A stretch of 64,000 bases of DNA from a virus (taxonomy: Duplodnaviria > Heunggongvirae > Uroviricota > Caudoviricetes): positions 850-64,849 of the IMG/VR virus record IMGVR_UViG_3300035670_000017; one strand, given 5' to 3'. Each line of letters opens with the position of its first letter. Position 1 is the stretch's first letter. This document shows positions 21,301-30,507 of the stretch, piece by piece. A model generated the notes under the pieces. That model was given only the letters and a program-made list of their open reading frames with translations, did not search any database and had not been told where the DNA came from. Made by a program: the position numbers and the translations under genes.

Positions 21301-22557
21301 AGCCAAGTCTCCAAATTCAGAACCATCCGCTCCGAGCTTCTTATACCAGTTGGAGTTTCTCATCATGTCGATAAGTGCTCCAGGGTTAGTCGCATAACGC
21401 CCAGCTTGGAAAGAACGCTTCATGAACTTAGGATTCTTTTCAGCCCTTTTCTTGACTGTCTTAGAGATCCAATCAGAGATGAAGTCACCCAGGATACTGC
21501 CGCCAAACACACCAGCGGTGCGATAGCCAGAAGACTCCCGGCCTTCCAGCTCAGCCATCTCCTTATCCATATCACGGCTGTCAATCGCCATGTCCAATGC
21601 GTCATTGAGCATCTCCAGGGCATCTTTACTACCCATGATCTTCTCGCGACCCATCTTCATCAGACGCTGGCCTGCTAGACCCACTCGGCTCTTACTGCCG
21701 AACAAGCCATCATTGATACGACCGAATACCTGCTCCTTAGAGACTTGCTTCCAGCGCTGGGTGTTAGAAGTCTTTGCATATTCAGGCAACGAAGTGTTGT
21801 GCAGCAATGCATCTTGGAATGCCAAAGAGCGCTTTTGGAATTCAATCGAATGCTTGAGCATCGTCGCCGTTGCAGCGTATGTGCGGTACTGAAGTTCCAA
21901 AGACTTCTTCTTGTACGCAACATCAAAGCTCGACTGATAACGACGGATCGCATGGATGTCATTAGCGATGATACCAAGCATCTTCTGGTTAGCTAGAAAA
22001 CGCTTGTCCTCAACGCGAGACTGCACCATGTCGTAAGCCATCTTTTGCTTATGACGGTTTTCCTCGTTATTCTCCCGATCACCTTCCAAGTCAGCCATCA
22101 TTCGAGCGATGGTCTGGTCTTCGATGGATTCAGTATTGTAAGAAGAGGTGTTATCGATCTCATCGTCGAATTTATCTCGCAGATTACGAGCAAAATTCTT
22201 AGTACGTTGAGCCGAGTCAGGCACAAGTTGATCAAACTTGCGACTGATACTTCCCATCACCGGCTTGAGTTCCTTCGTAGCTTCATCGTATAGCTGGGTG
22301 GTGTCAGTAACGATTTGATCGATGCTGTCCCATGCCTGTCCAAAGCCATCAGGCAGTGCCTTACGAACCATGCCTCGGATATGAGACGAGTCAGTAAATT
22401 TGGTACGCAAAGAACTCTTAACACCATCAGCTATCTGGCTGATGGGTGTGCTCTTCTTGCTAGGTGGTTTTGGAATATCGAAGTCGTCATCAAAGTCGAA
22501 GTCGAGACTGGCATCCCAGGAATCTTTGCCAAAGTCTAATCTATCTTTCTTTGCCAT
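15313..22557 (-). CDS. Tape measure / structural peptidoglycan hydrolase (phiKZ gp181-like) with internal S74 chaperone, M15 peptidase and SLT domains
   Basis: 2414 aa, divergent from vRNAP beta-primeN as in phiKZ. SLT motif LAAMESSLNPKAK..SATGLMGFIDGTW; M15 motif TSAYRS..SLHEYGLAAD..ETWHIE; S74 motif SDINLKHNI..GPMAQD. Confidence 0.88.
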   Translation of the reverse strand: MAKKDRLDFGKDSWDASLDFDFDDDFDIPKPPSKKSTPISQIADGVKSSLRTKFTDSSHIRGMVRKALPDGFGQAWDSIDQIVTDTTQLYDEATKELKPVMGSISRKFDQLVPDSAQRTKNFARNLRDKFDDEIDNTSSYNTESIEDQTIARMMADLEGDRENNEENRHKQKMAYDMVQSRVEDKRFLANQKMLGIIANDIHAIRRYQSSFDVAYKKKSLELQYRTYAATATMLKHSIEFQKRSLAFQDALLHNTSLPEYAKTSNTQRWKQVSKEQVFGRINDGLFGSKSRVGLAGQRLMKMGREKIMGSKDALEMLNDALDMAIDSRDMDKEMAELEGRESSGYRTAGVFGGSILGDFISDWISKTVKKRAEKNPKFMKRSFQAGRYATNPGALIDMMRNSNWYKKLGADGSEFGDLAQNGLGFIFDLLAGEKPDMLIRSTSIGKEGENKLHTQMKVNRSLTEIIPGYLARILREVTALRTGDDKTPLLMYDVKSESFKTQSSLARDIVSGLKRSASEAAPGMKTYNDESREAYNTFVGSEKLDATDAREVQMFINKLSRSNEDFDFTGDRLKKTKEFQSLNPRVKKIVERILDKRFSGDSLETAKNQFQFATNSAKVKSSIGNLMGPIQEAIREGYGPLLEQQGIITRDKDGNWKVNEDQYYKFFDDSVTVASDINLKHNISKSKIDPTKSVNAFKKTQIYDWDYKPGTKYAGPQGYGRQNYTGPMAQDVRANFGDDAAPGGKTIDLINLNGHVMAAVKKLADMVESMGAGAGTEHLRNIDENTKKILELIASGQGSGFGNVDLSGLAAGASKGKQFVMSGATSVGAAFGSLLTSLIDTTIAGGKSFGKGAGSAAKATGQAMSNFWTNNKEGIKDARDNILQATMKAVSRSIEFGSDIVFNQMPKLGGMGKRAFDSAMDSVKNIFQTVDDLYIEGMESPVIVGSLLAAGYYFDSATGKALKTMDDVARAKGDIVDGMNRVKLSITDRAQGLKTRAGTVLKTFTQNALGAAKAAGSYLAAGAMGMYNNVRDKLQSANLEKMWGTARDKATGIKNRVIDKFSDFRFGIGGTDPRVVPILIQIRDLLAVGKSGKKVKEIMGRSITDSDTTTSYKPPSSSGADSIEENPDKVNASLLTQLRDLAAADKPKEILDNIYGRVRNARAFMNAPLYGASVKSWFEKIKGIGGAQNAMAQMGPEMFGPAPEMVGPQQPAQVRNYMGNNGMGGIVGALGGLFGAGKQAASSLGGAFSQRFPGARGRLGRWGGRLRGSRLGTMASTGLGAIGSAVGGAANMLSAFFSNPNADPNQQREERAADQGANTYSARDHAMRLLQLGGNKASNAYKRIRGMFGDSDGDGQRDGGTADRMQNAQANQMANEERKKAAVEASMKGAEQKASRNSPADNAIEKMIAMATAGLSSIAGMASSLIGGAADLLGGIRRPGKLISKAGKGIWSGVKALGQGAMWAGRGILGVGTAVAGVGSAIKGVAGTLPGAAGVARVGTTAVRALQVVGLAAGGAGGMLSGAASLIGSALSAPVVIGAAAIAGVGYGGYKLYKYLTRNNIDEWERIRVMQYGLDGTDATKQYNSKVIALEKYLLDGKLAFNGGIPTINSRAAKPEEIAELFDIAADDTETASKFSKWYTDRFSPVFLKHVAALYRVNNKASLEKVDSLTDSEKLEYLSGIEIPRSIWENTTSPFKGLDILSSNPEPVKKIIDAKIQTLGKKIQDEAAKKAKAGGNKPSPQEAKMANEAVKSAIPNAPKTDVNNPTQAPMTAPQRRAIPPNSHLGRAIANGDVEDPAALGKPSSNQGAGTLSMGAASLKIADGPLASGESGMQYLKLGNGVNVEGLHPRMKQQLLAMAQEYGEATGKQLNVTSAYRSFQDQQRMYAKYGPGRAARPGGSLHEYGLAADLSTQDLNELEKLGLLRKYGFTRPIYGETWHIEPAGIQTAIDQAKRDPNFADSAILASLGRGGGGAGATPRSPVGGRNPALAKALYEQSGGTVVKLSDAQGVPPSPASNLNSPVVQGKDLIPAKAVQESASKGFSSMGRSSGGNVEFSGNNDASASLGSGPHQDIKKEIARVSAEIGANPNDMMLLAAMESSLNPKAKANGTSATGLMGFIDGTWKEQIGKHGGKYGLDANTPRDDIRANVILAHEYMKSNKGGADFTSRYMTHLLGAGGANRLNSANPGDLAYRLSPKQAEKNREIFFDGSRPRTVQEVKEFMAKRVSKKANEFGIAMGGGSDTPAATAASGSIMGGGLSKASYNPTAPKTYDPKSIAGYDLPDYNPVAMLTSSGDTATAVRPARSMVPAAVPGAPGYATNGARDTSIQLTAQVLDRFTKSAEDQIKHLSSMDTSITEKVVPLLERIAENTQGLAGMKSPEQGSGSGSSGPSVRNFANSNPTRKADTSSFDNRRVL

Positions 22558-22648
22558 AGAGGCTCCTTCAAGTACTCAATTTCATACCGTTTTTATAATG
22601 GTACATGGATTATTAAATGCATTTTTCTAATGCTCAAAGGATCTACCC

Positions 22649-24262
22649 ATGCCACGTAAGCTTGACCCATTTAAAATAGACCTTCTGATTCCCACTCGCG
22701 CAGATCTGCAAGGTGTGAAGAAAGTTGTTGTCATGGACATCATGGAAGGTTTCACTAAGAACTTCCACCCTGAAGGTTTGTTCTCCGCTGAGATCTTCGG
22801 TAAGGTCGGTGAAGAGCGCCGCTCCAAGACGTTCGGCTACATTGACCTGAATCTCAAAATCTTTCACCCACTGATCTATAAGGTCATCATTGATCTGAAA
22901 GCTCTGTACGGTGAAATCATGGCCAGCAAGACCTATGCAGTGTTTGATGAGGAAGCTAAAGACTTTGTCAAAAGCAACATCGCTGAAGGTGAGACTGGTT
23001 ACGAATTCTTTCTGAAACACTTCAACAAGATCAAGTTCGAAAGAACTAACTCCATCAGCCGCAAGGTGTATGTGCAGTTTGTGGAGAAATACCGAGAGAA
23101 CCCATTCATCGAACAATTGATCGTGATGCCCGCTGGCCTTCGTGACTACATGGTCGACGAAGATGGCAAACCGTCTGAAGATGAGATCAACGGCATGTAT
23201 CGCTCGATCATGGCTGTTAGCTCGTTGATGCAAAACGTCAACACAGGCAAGAACCCAGAGATGGTGGATGCTTCGCGTGCCAATTTGCAAGTGAAGGTCT
23301 ATGAGCTGTATCGCTACATCATGGGTCTGCTCTTGGGTAAAGGCAAACTTATCCAAGGATCGTTCCTGTCTCGCAAGGTATCCAACACTACACGTAACGT
23401 GATCTCCAGCTACATCCCTAACGTCAGGCGCTTCGGGGATCCTACTTCGGTGGGAGCCAGTGACACCGTGATGGGCCTGTACCAGTATCTGCGGGACATC
23501 ATGCCTTTGGTGGTGTTCCATCTGAAGAACAAGTACATGTACAAAGTCTTCTCTGGCACCAACACCGACATGACTGTAGTTGATCCTAAGACCCTAAAGA
23601 AAAAACAAGTGGGTCTGGACTCCAAGGCATACAACACCTGGATGACTTATGACGGTATCGAAAAGATCTGTGATAACTTCTCCCAGGAAAACATGCGTCA
23701 TTACCCTGTGATGATCGGACCTAACTATTTGGGTCTGGTGTACAAGGGTGACGATATGACGTTCAAGTTCATTCAGGACATTGACGAAGTTCCTGAAGGT
23801 CGTGACAAGAAGTCTGTCACTCCGATCACCATGGCAGAGTTGCTTTACATGGCGGTCTATGAAGAAGCCAATGAGTCCTATGGCTGGAGTACCCGCTACC
23901 CGGTGACTCAGTTCGGTTCGACCTTCCCTGGTACTGTCTACCTGAAATCCACAAGCGATTCCGAAGCTCGCTATGAGCTGGATGACATGTGGGAGAAAAT
24001 GCCGATCCTGGCGAAGTCCTTTCCGGTCAACGGCAGTGAGTTCTTCAACTCCATGAGTGTTCCTGTCAGTCGAGTACCTCGTGCAGGTGCTGACTTCGAC
24101 GGCGACATGATGAACCATTATTGCGTTTTGACCACTGAAGCAAAACAAGAAGTCAAGAGGCTGTTGGGTTCCAAGGAACACTACATGACCATTGACGGAC
24201 AGCCTACTTTCAGTCTGGACAACGATTACATCAAACTGGCTTTGGCATATTTGACAAACTAA
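22649..24262 (+). CDS. Virion RNA polymerase beta-prime N-terminal subunit (phiKZ gp180-like)
   Basis: Catalytic GADFDGD motif; EGLFSAEIFG; PAGLRD; GKLIQGSFLSRKV. Confidence 0.95.
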   Translation: MPRKLDPFKIDLLIPTRADLQGVKKVVVMDIMEGFTKNFHPEGLFSAEIFGKVGEERRSKTFGYIDLNLKIFHPLIYKVIIDLKALYGEIMASKTYAVFDEEAKDFVKSNIAEGETGYEFFLKHFNKIKFERTNSISRKVYVQFVEKYRENPFIEQLIVMPAGLRDYMVDEDGKPSEDEINGMYRSIMAVSSLMQNVNTGKNPEMVDASRANLQVKVYELYRYIMGLLLGKGKLIQGSFLSRKVSNTTRNVISSYIPNVRRFGDPTSVGASDTVMGLYQYLRDIMPLVVFHLKNKYMYKVFSGTNTDMTVVDPKTLKKKQVGLDSKAYNTWMTYDGIEKICDNFSQENMRHYPVMIGPNYLGLVYKGDDMTFKFIQDIDEVPEGRDKKSVTPITMAELLYMAVYEEANESYGWSTRYPVTQFGSTFPGTVYLKSTSDSEARYELDDMWEKMPILAKSFPVNGSEFFNSMSVPVSRVPRAGADFDGDMMNHYCVLTTEAKQEVKRLLGSKEHYMTIDGQPTFSLDNDYIKLALAYLTN

Positions 24263-24311
24263 TTAAATATATTGTCATAAGCTACAAAGTTTTAAAATGG
24301 AAGGTTAGAAA

Positions 24312-27300
24312 ATGAGTACAACTTCTCAACAGTTTCCCGAGTTTTATAAAAAGCACGGGATCTTGAGACTTGACAGTCTGACTGAACCAGATCCAACGCT
24401 GGTTAAACGACTTCCCGTGGAAAGCTGTCTGCACATCCTGGGTACCGATGAGAATCCGGAATTGGATGTATCCGATCCACTGCTCAAGGGTTACAGTGAG
24501 AAGGTCCGGTACATGGACATTGTCCATCATGACCCTGCTCACAACCATGGTACCTACAGTCCCAAGAGCATCGTTCAGGACCAAGCGTTGTTCAAACGCA
24601 AGAATCGAAACTTCGAGCTGGTACGGGAACTCAAGAACACGAAGACTACGACCAGTAAGCAGTTGCTGGTTTTCAATTACGGTTACATGGACTTGATGTA
24701 CCGGTATCCAGAGGACAAGATCTCTAGCTATTACCGGATCGAAGATAAACTGTACGCAGTGACTTCGATTATCAAGCGCTCCCTAGAGATCGAGCCTCGT
24801 AACCACTTCGTCATCTTGCCTATTCCTGCGCAACTTATCGCAAAGAGTATCTTGGATCGCTATGCTCAAGAAACTCCTCCTAAGTTAGCCAGTCTATTTC
24901 CAGGGGAGGATGAGCAGCTGTTGCGTCAGATGTGGAACTTCATCAATCCTCAGTTGCGGCCAACTGGTATATGGGGAGAGATGACTCCTCAGCAATTGCG
25001 TAAGATCAATCTGGTTTTCAAGAGCTATGACGGTAAGCTCACTGTCTTGAACTTGGGATACTTGCAAAGCTGGGTACGAGGCTCTGAGAACCTGACACTG
25101 ATGAATTCGGTACTGGTCAAGGGCTTCGAAGATGTACAGAAGTACTATCTGCGCTCGATGATGACTTTGCGAGAGATCGACTTGCGCGGCGCAGCACTTG
25201 CTGCTCAGTTGGCTGCCGAGGAAGAGCAAAAGCGATTACTGCAAGAAGCAGATGACGCACTGGAGACAGGGGAGGTGTCCGAGAAGGACGACCGATTTCT
25301 CCAAGACGTCGAACAAACCGAAGCAGCGCTACGTATTCAAGGTGAACTCTCCGAAGCTGAAGAAGATCCTTCAGTCCTTCTCGACGTAAAGAAAACCGGT
25401 ACACCAGGTCAGACTGGGACACTGGGTGAAGTGGAGGCTGAAACGCTCGCTATCAATGAAGAAGACGTTGATCGGGATATCCAGGCTCTGGAGGTGATTG
25501 AAGCCAATCGAGCCAAGTCTCTGGAGCAAGTCAAAGCTAACGAGAACGCCGATACATACTCTTCAGACGTACCAGCTACGCGTGAAGAGATCATGCAAGA
25601 GTTGTTCAAGGAACAAACCCCTGAGCAAACAGTTTTGTCTAAGCTAGAAGCACTGGCTCAAGAAGGTCGTGTGACTAGTCCTGAGTTCCGAAAGAAGTCT
25701 CAACTGGCAAAACAGTCAGGGGCTAATAAGGATCCTTACGGTAGCGGTAAGACAATCCAGCAAGCTTCTTTGGTTCGCGTTGAAGACCTGGTGATTAAGG
25801 AGCAGGAAACTGTTCTGAACGTACCTGCTACTGTTATTGATAAATCGATGGCGAAGTCGACGCTTCCAATCATCGGTCGAAAATACAATAACACTGTTCT
25901 GAAGAAAGACATCTTGGCTTGCGTACAAGGCGTACAAAAGTCTGGTGTGATCATCAAGAACCACCAGGTCGATCGCATCACAACTGCACTGGGTGATTAT
26001 GACGTACACACACTGGAGCTGGTACCGATTGACGGTCAGCCTTCGATCATTCGTCAGCGTATCCCTGTGGTCAATGAAGACGGCACATTCACAGCCAAGG
26101 GTGTCAAGTACCGGCTGCGCTCTCAGTTCTTCGACGTACCTATCCGTAAAATCGGAGAACACCGAGTAGGCTTGTCTTCGTACTACGGAAAGACGTTTGT
26201 TGATCGAGCGACTAAGAAGGCGAATTCATCGCTGGCCTATGTCATCGCACGTTTGAACAAGGCGACGATCCAGCCTGATGAATGGTTGCGTGATGTCTCT
26301 CCTGGTATGGTCTTCGATAACTACTTCGAAGCTCCTTATATCTACTCAGGTCTGTCGGAGCACTTCCAGTCCTTCCGTGCTGGAAACATGAACTTCGACT
26401 TCAACTGCAAGGGTTGGAGAACGACTATTGAGCCAGGTATCTTGGCTCGACTGGAGAACAACGGCCGTGTGGTCTGTGGCTCTACTGACAAGCAAGAATA
26501 CATCGTGGTGGATAAGGACGGAATGTTCTATAAGGTCTCGGAGAAGAAAGCCGAAGAGATCGGAAACATCTACAACATCCTCAAGCTCGATGAGTCTTTG
26601 GCTCCTGTTGACTACGCTGAGATCAGTGTCTACTCTAAGGGCGTGCCTGTGGGTATGTTCTTGGCACAGCAGATCGGTTTCCGTAAACTGGTCAAGATGC
26701 TGGGAGCTAAACACCGCATTGTGGAAGGACGCAAGCAAAAGGATTTGCAGCCGCATGAATATGTGGTTCAGTTCCGTGACTTCGCATTCATCTTTGATCG
26801 CCGTGAGGCTGTCAACTCCTTGATCCTTGGTGGTTTCATCCACTATGAAAAGGATATCAAGATGTTCGATGCAAAGATGTTTGATACACGCGACGTCTAT
26901 CTGCGTATCTTGGAAGCCAAGGGACTTAACAGTTACTTCACTGGCGAGATGGCTAATATGCGAGATCTGTTCATTGACCCGATCACTGAACGTATCCTCA
27001 AGGAGATGGGTGAGCCCACTAACTTTAACCAGTTAGTGATTCGTAGCTGTGAGTTGCTCCAGACTTACTACTACCCTGACTCCCAAGACGCCAACTATCA
27101 GCGTATTCGTGGCTACGATCGCTTTGCTGGATTCTTCTACAAGGAACTGGCTAATGCTATTCGTCAGTACAAGAACAAGAACCGTACAGGCCGAGCCAAG
27201 GTCGATGCATCGCCTTATGCTCTGTGGACTACGTTGACTCGCGACTCCGCAGTCAAGCACGCAGAAGATATCAATCCTGTTCAAGACGTTAAGATCACTC

Positions 27301-28679
27301 AAGAAGCAGTGACTTATGTCGGTGAAGGCGGTCGCGGTAAGGAATCGATGAACCGGGCTTCTCGTGCGTATACCAAGAGTAACCTGGGTATGCTTTCGGA
27401 AGCGTCTGTGGACTCGTCTGACGTGGGTATCAATGCGTTCTTGTCAGCAGACCCTGGGTTTGCTAACTTGGACGGTATGCCCGCTCGTAACCGTCAGCAC
27501 AAGGCAACCAATCTGTTGTCGACTTCCGCATTACTGGCACCGTTCTCGACATACGACGACCAAAAACGTATTGGCTTTATCAGTATCCAGCAAGCACACA
27601 CCATTGCAACTGACGGCTACCAGCCTTCTCCTATCCGCACAGGGTATGAGTCTGTGATCGGTATGCGCACCAGCGGCATGTTTGCACAAGTGGCAAAGAT
27701 GGATGGCGTGGTTCGAAGTGTGACTGATACTGGCGTGATCGTGGAGTATTCAGATGGCACAAAGCAAGGCTACGAAGTGGGAACACTTTACGGCAAGGCT
27801 GAAGGTTCTGTCTATCCGCATAACGTCAAGGCCGTGGTGAAGGTGGGTCAACGTCTGAAGAAAGACGACTACATCACATACAACACCAAGTTCTTTACCC
27901 CTGATCCGATTCTGCCTGGTGGCATCGTTTACAAGGGCGGCTTGATGGCTTTGGCTGTGTTGGTGGAAACTGCACGCACTCACGAAGACTCCTCGGTGAT
28001 TTCTCGAAATCTATCGCGTCGTCTCAGAGCTACTACTACAAAGGTCAAGACATACACTGTCAACTTCAAACAGAACGTACTGGACGTGGTCAAGATTGGT
28101 CAGAAGGTCAAGCCTGAAGATATCTTGATGACGATTGAGGATGAGATCACCGCGATGGATGACAGCTTCAAGGATAGCTCCTTGCAGATCTTGTCTGAGC
28201 GCAGCAAGAACTCCCCTCGCAGTAGCTACATCGGTACTGTCTCCAATATCGAGGTGCTCTATCACGGTGATTTGTCTGACATGTCAGCGAGCTTGAAGTC
28301 TTTGGCTACCAAGAGCGATAAGCTCAAGGCGGAAAAGGCTAAGAGTGTCGGCAAGGAAGCGGCAAGCGGATTTGTCAACAGTGACTTGTCCGTGAACGGA
28401 ACTCCTTTGGCTGTGAACAAAGCAGTGATTCGTGTCTACATCGACGTCGAAGATGATCCGGCTACTGGAGACAAGATCGTCGTTGGTAACCAGTTGAAAT
28501 CCGTTATCGGAGAGGTGATGGATTATACACTGCGCACAGAGTCCGGTGAAGTAGTTGATTTGCAATTCGGTGCGAAGTCTTTCGCTGCTCGTATTGTGAA
28601 CTCCCTGATTATGTTCGGGGTAAGAGCTGCTGCACTGAAGGGTCTGGAGAAAGCTGCAGATAAACTGTACCGCCAATAA
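24312..28679 (+). CDS. Virion RNA polymerase beta N-terminal subunit (phiKZ gp178-like)
   Basis: 1455 aa; DDQKRIGFISIQQAH, HEDSSVIS and GDKIVVGNQLKSVI beta motifs; adjacent to beta-primeN. Confidence 0.95.
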   Translation: MSTTSQQFPEFYKKHGILRLDSLTEPDPTLVKRLPVESCLHILGTDENPELDVSDPLLKGYSEKVRYMDIVHHDPAHNHGTYSPKSIVQDQALFKRKNRNFELVRELKNTKTTTSKQLLVFNYGYMDLMYRYPEDKISSYYRIEDKLYAVTSIIKRSLEIEPRNHFVILPIPAQLIAKSILDRYAQETPPKLASLFPGEDEQLLRQMWNFINPQLRPTGIWGEMTPQQLRKINLVFKSYDGKLTVLNLGYLQSWVRGSENLTLMNSVLVKGFEDVQKYYLRSMMTLREIDLRGAALAAQLAAEEEQKRLLQEADDALETGEVSEKDDRFLQDVEQTEAALRIQGELSEAEEDPSVLLDVKKTGTPGQTGTLGEVEAETLAINEEDVDRDIQALEVIEANRAKSLEQVKANENADTYSSDVPATREEIMQELFKEQTPEQTVLSKLEALAQEGRVTSPEFRKKSQLAKQSGANKDPYGSGKTIQQASLVRVEDLVIKEQETVLNVPATVIDKSMAKSTLPIIGRKYNNTVLKKDILACVQGVQKSGVIIKNHQVDRITTALGDYDVHTLELVPIDGQPSIIRQRIPVVNEDGTFTAKGVKYRLRSQFFDVPIRKIGEHRVGLSSYYGKTFVDRATKKANSSLAYVIARLNKATIQPDEWLRDVSPGMVFDNYFEAPYIYSGLSEHFQSFRAGNMNFDFNCKGWRTTIEPGILARLENNGRVVCGSTDKQEYIVVDKDGMFYKVSEKKAEEIGNIYNILKLDESLAPVDYAEISVYSKGVPVGMFLAQQIGFRKLVKMLGAKHRIVEGRKQKDLQPHEYVVQFRDFAFIFDRREAVNSLILGGFIHYEKDIKMFDAKMFDTRDVYLRILEAKGLNSYFTGEMANMRDLFIDPITERILKEMGEPTNFNQLVIRSCELLQTYYYPDSQDANYQRIRGYDRFAGFFYKELANAIRQYKNKNRTGRAKVDASPYALWTTLTRDSAVKHAEDINPVQDVKITQEAVTYVGEGGRGKESMNRASRAYTKSNLGMLSEASVDSSDVGINAFLSADPGFANLDGMPARNRQHKATNLLSTSALLAPFSTYDDQKRIGFISIQQAHTIATDGYQPSPIRTGYESVIGMRTSGMFAQVAKMDGVVRSVTDTGVIVEYSDGTKQGYEVGTLYGKAEGSVYPHNVKAVVKVGQRLKKDDYITYNTKFFTPDPILPGGIVYKGGLMALAVLVETARTHEDSSVISRNLSRRLRATTTKVKTYTVNFKQNVLDVVKIGQKVKPEDILMTIEDEITAMDDSFKDSSLQILSERSKNSPRSSYIGTVSNIEVLYHGDLSDMSASLKSLATKSDKLKAEKAKSVGKEAASGFVNSDLSVNGTPLAVNKAVIRVYIDVEDDPATGDKIVVGNQLKSVIGEVMDYTLRTESGEVVDLQFGAKSFAARIVNSLIMFGVRAAALKGLEKAADKLYRQ

Positions 28680-28687
28680 TCGTTATC

Positions 28688-28716
28688 GACTACTAGCTCC
28701 TGGTGGGCTAGTAGTC
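28688..28716 (+). terminator. Hairpin terminator
   Basis: GACTACTAGC/GCTAGTAGTC stem followed by TTTAATTT. Confidence 0.7.
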
Positions 28717-28786
28717 TTTAATTTGCTATCAATCTATTGAGTGTCGCGAACAACTGGCGACTTATTTAACTTTTCCGAGGTTCAAC

Positions 28787-29035
28787 ATGTCCGACCCTAA
28801 TTTCAAAATGACGCAAGCCCCCAAAGACATTTCCAGTGCATTGGCCTTGGCCAACGTCGCCACTATCGCCGCTGGTGTGATGCGCGGCATCGCTAGCTCT
28901 TCTATCGCTGATTCGATTAGCGGCAGCCCTCTCCTGCAAGACAAGATCGCCCAGATGGTTTCTTCTCGCGTTATCAAGAACCTGCAAAAGCGCCAGCAAG
29001 CTGCAGTTCAAATGCGTCTGAACGGTTACAAATAA
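28787..29035 (+). CDS. Small hypothetical, probable virion protein
   Basis: 82 aa with GAGG SD; first gene of the unit that ends with the protease. Confidence 0.65.
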   Translation: MSDPNFKMTQAPKDISSALALANVATIAAGVMRGIASSSIADSISGSPLLQDKIAQMVSSRVIKNLQKRQQAAVQMRLNGYK

Positions 29036-29046
29036 GGAATACAAGA

Positions 29047-30507
29047 ATGATCTCCGCAAATGTTTTCAATATCGCATCGGTAAACGCCGATGCTCTGCGT
29101 GAAGTGACGAAGATGGGTGTGATCCCAGCTGGTCGCTCGGTCTTGTCCAGTCTCATGGGTGTGAGCTGCGTCGGTGGCTTCTCTCAAGAAGGTGATGTTT
29201 CTTACGCTGACATCCTGGCGGCAAGTACGCAAGACTCGACTGATGGCCCTTCTGAGCACAGCGCCATGATCGGTACCTATATCGACACTCTGGTGCCTAT
29301 GGTCACACAGCAGATCGCTTTCATTCAAACACAAGTGGTTCCTCGTGTGTATGAATTCGAAAGCAAGATGGATGGCGTTTTGACTCGCCTGGAAGCCATG
29401 AGTCCAATGGCTGACTTTAACATCATTCAAGTCAGCGACGTTGCTGTGCTGCGAGAAACTGAGTTCATGGAAATGGTCCAGCGTTACGCTGATCCTGATA
29501 TCAACATTCCTGACTCGCCTGGTTCTTTGCCAGCTATGAGCACGGAAGAATTGCTCAAGATCATGACAGTCAGCTCTGGTGCTCTGGATCAATCCCTGAA
29601 GGCTTATCTGGCTACCAAGGGTGATGGCTGGCTGCAAGACATCTGGCATTACTACTTCGCTCGTCAAAACACAACCCCCAGTGGTTCAGTAGGTGCTAAC
29701 ATCTACCAAGGCGGTTTGGCTGGTATGGAGCGCATGGCTTCCTATGACCGCCAGGCTGTAGCTTTGGCTGTCTTCCTGCTGTCGCGCGGTCTGTTGGATG
29801 AACCCCTGGATAACTCGGGTATCTCTCTGTCCAACTGGCGTTCTCTGATGGATGCTATCTCTCGCTGGAGCGCCCATCAAGCAATTACTGCTACCCGTCA
29901 ACTGTCTTCCATCGCCCAGAGTGAAACCATTGTGATCTCTACAGCGGACAACGGTCGCACCATCGTGGTCAATAGCGAAGCTTATGCCAAGTACCTGGAA
30001 CAAGGCGGCGAGCTGACAGACATCATCGGCGCTGTTCTGAGCAACCGTTCTTTGAACTACTCTATTCAGGGTATGCAAGAAGCCGGTGATCGTTATCGCC
30101 AAGTCTGGGATAACTACTGCGCTATCTCTCGCTCACACATGGACTCCAAGGCCGCTTCCATGCTGCGTGCTGAAGCCATGCATGCATTTGTTCAGCTTTG
30201 CAAAGTCTGTAATGAAGACGAACACGAGTACATGACTACATGTGGTGTGAGTTTCGAGGGTATGCAAGCCCAGGTCAAGGAAATCGTGGACGGTATGAGT
30301 CTCAAGCAATTGCGTCATACGCGTGATCTGGCTCTGTGTTTGGTCGCCGGTGTTCGCTTTGCACACACCCCTGCTAAACAGTTCCTGCTGGATATGCAAG
30401 AAGCCCAAGATGCTGGTTGCGAAAAGCCTGCCGAAGCCGCAGCTGTGGCTGCGCTTGGCTACATCGCTGACTTCCTGTCCTGTGACCTGGCGTTGACACC
30501 CGCATGA
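29047..30507 (+). CDS. Probable virion head protein (phiKZ gp177-like position)
   Basis: 486 aa, AAGGA SD; lies between vRNAP betaN and beta-primeC. Confidence 0.7.
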   Translation: MISANVFNIASVNADALREVTKMGVIPAGRSVLSSLMGVSCVGGFSQEGDVSYADILAASTQDSTDGPSEHSAMIGTYIDTLVPMVTQQIAFIQTQVVPRVYEFESKMDGVLTRLEAMSPMADFNIIQVSDVAVLRETEFMEMVQRYADPDINIPDSPGSLPAMSTEELLKIMTVSSGALDQSLKAYLATKGDGWLQDIWHYYFARQNTTPSGSVGANIYQGGLAGMERMASYDRQAVALAVFLLSRGLLDEPLDNSGISLSNWRSLMDAISRWSAHQAITATRQLSSIAQSETIVISTADNGRTIVVNSEAYAKYLEQGGELTDIIGAVLSNRSLNYSIQGMQEAGDRYRQVWDNYCAISRSHMDSKAASMLRAEAMHAFVQLCKVCNEDEHEYMTTCGVSFEGMQAQVKEIVDGMSLKQLRHTRDLALCLVAGVRFAHTPAKQFLLDMQEAQDAGCEKPAEAAAVAALGYIADFLSCDLALTPA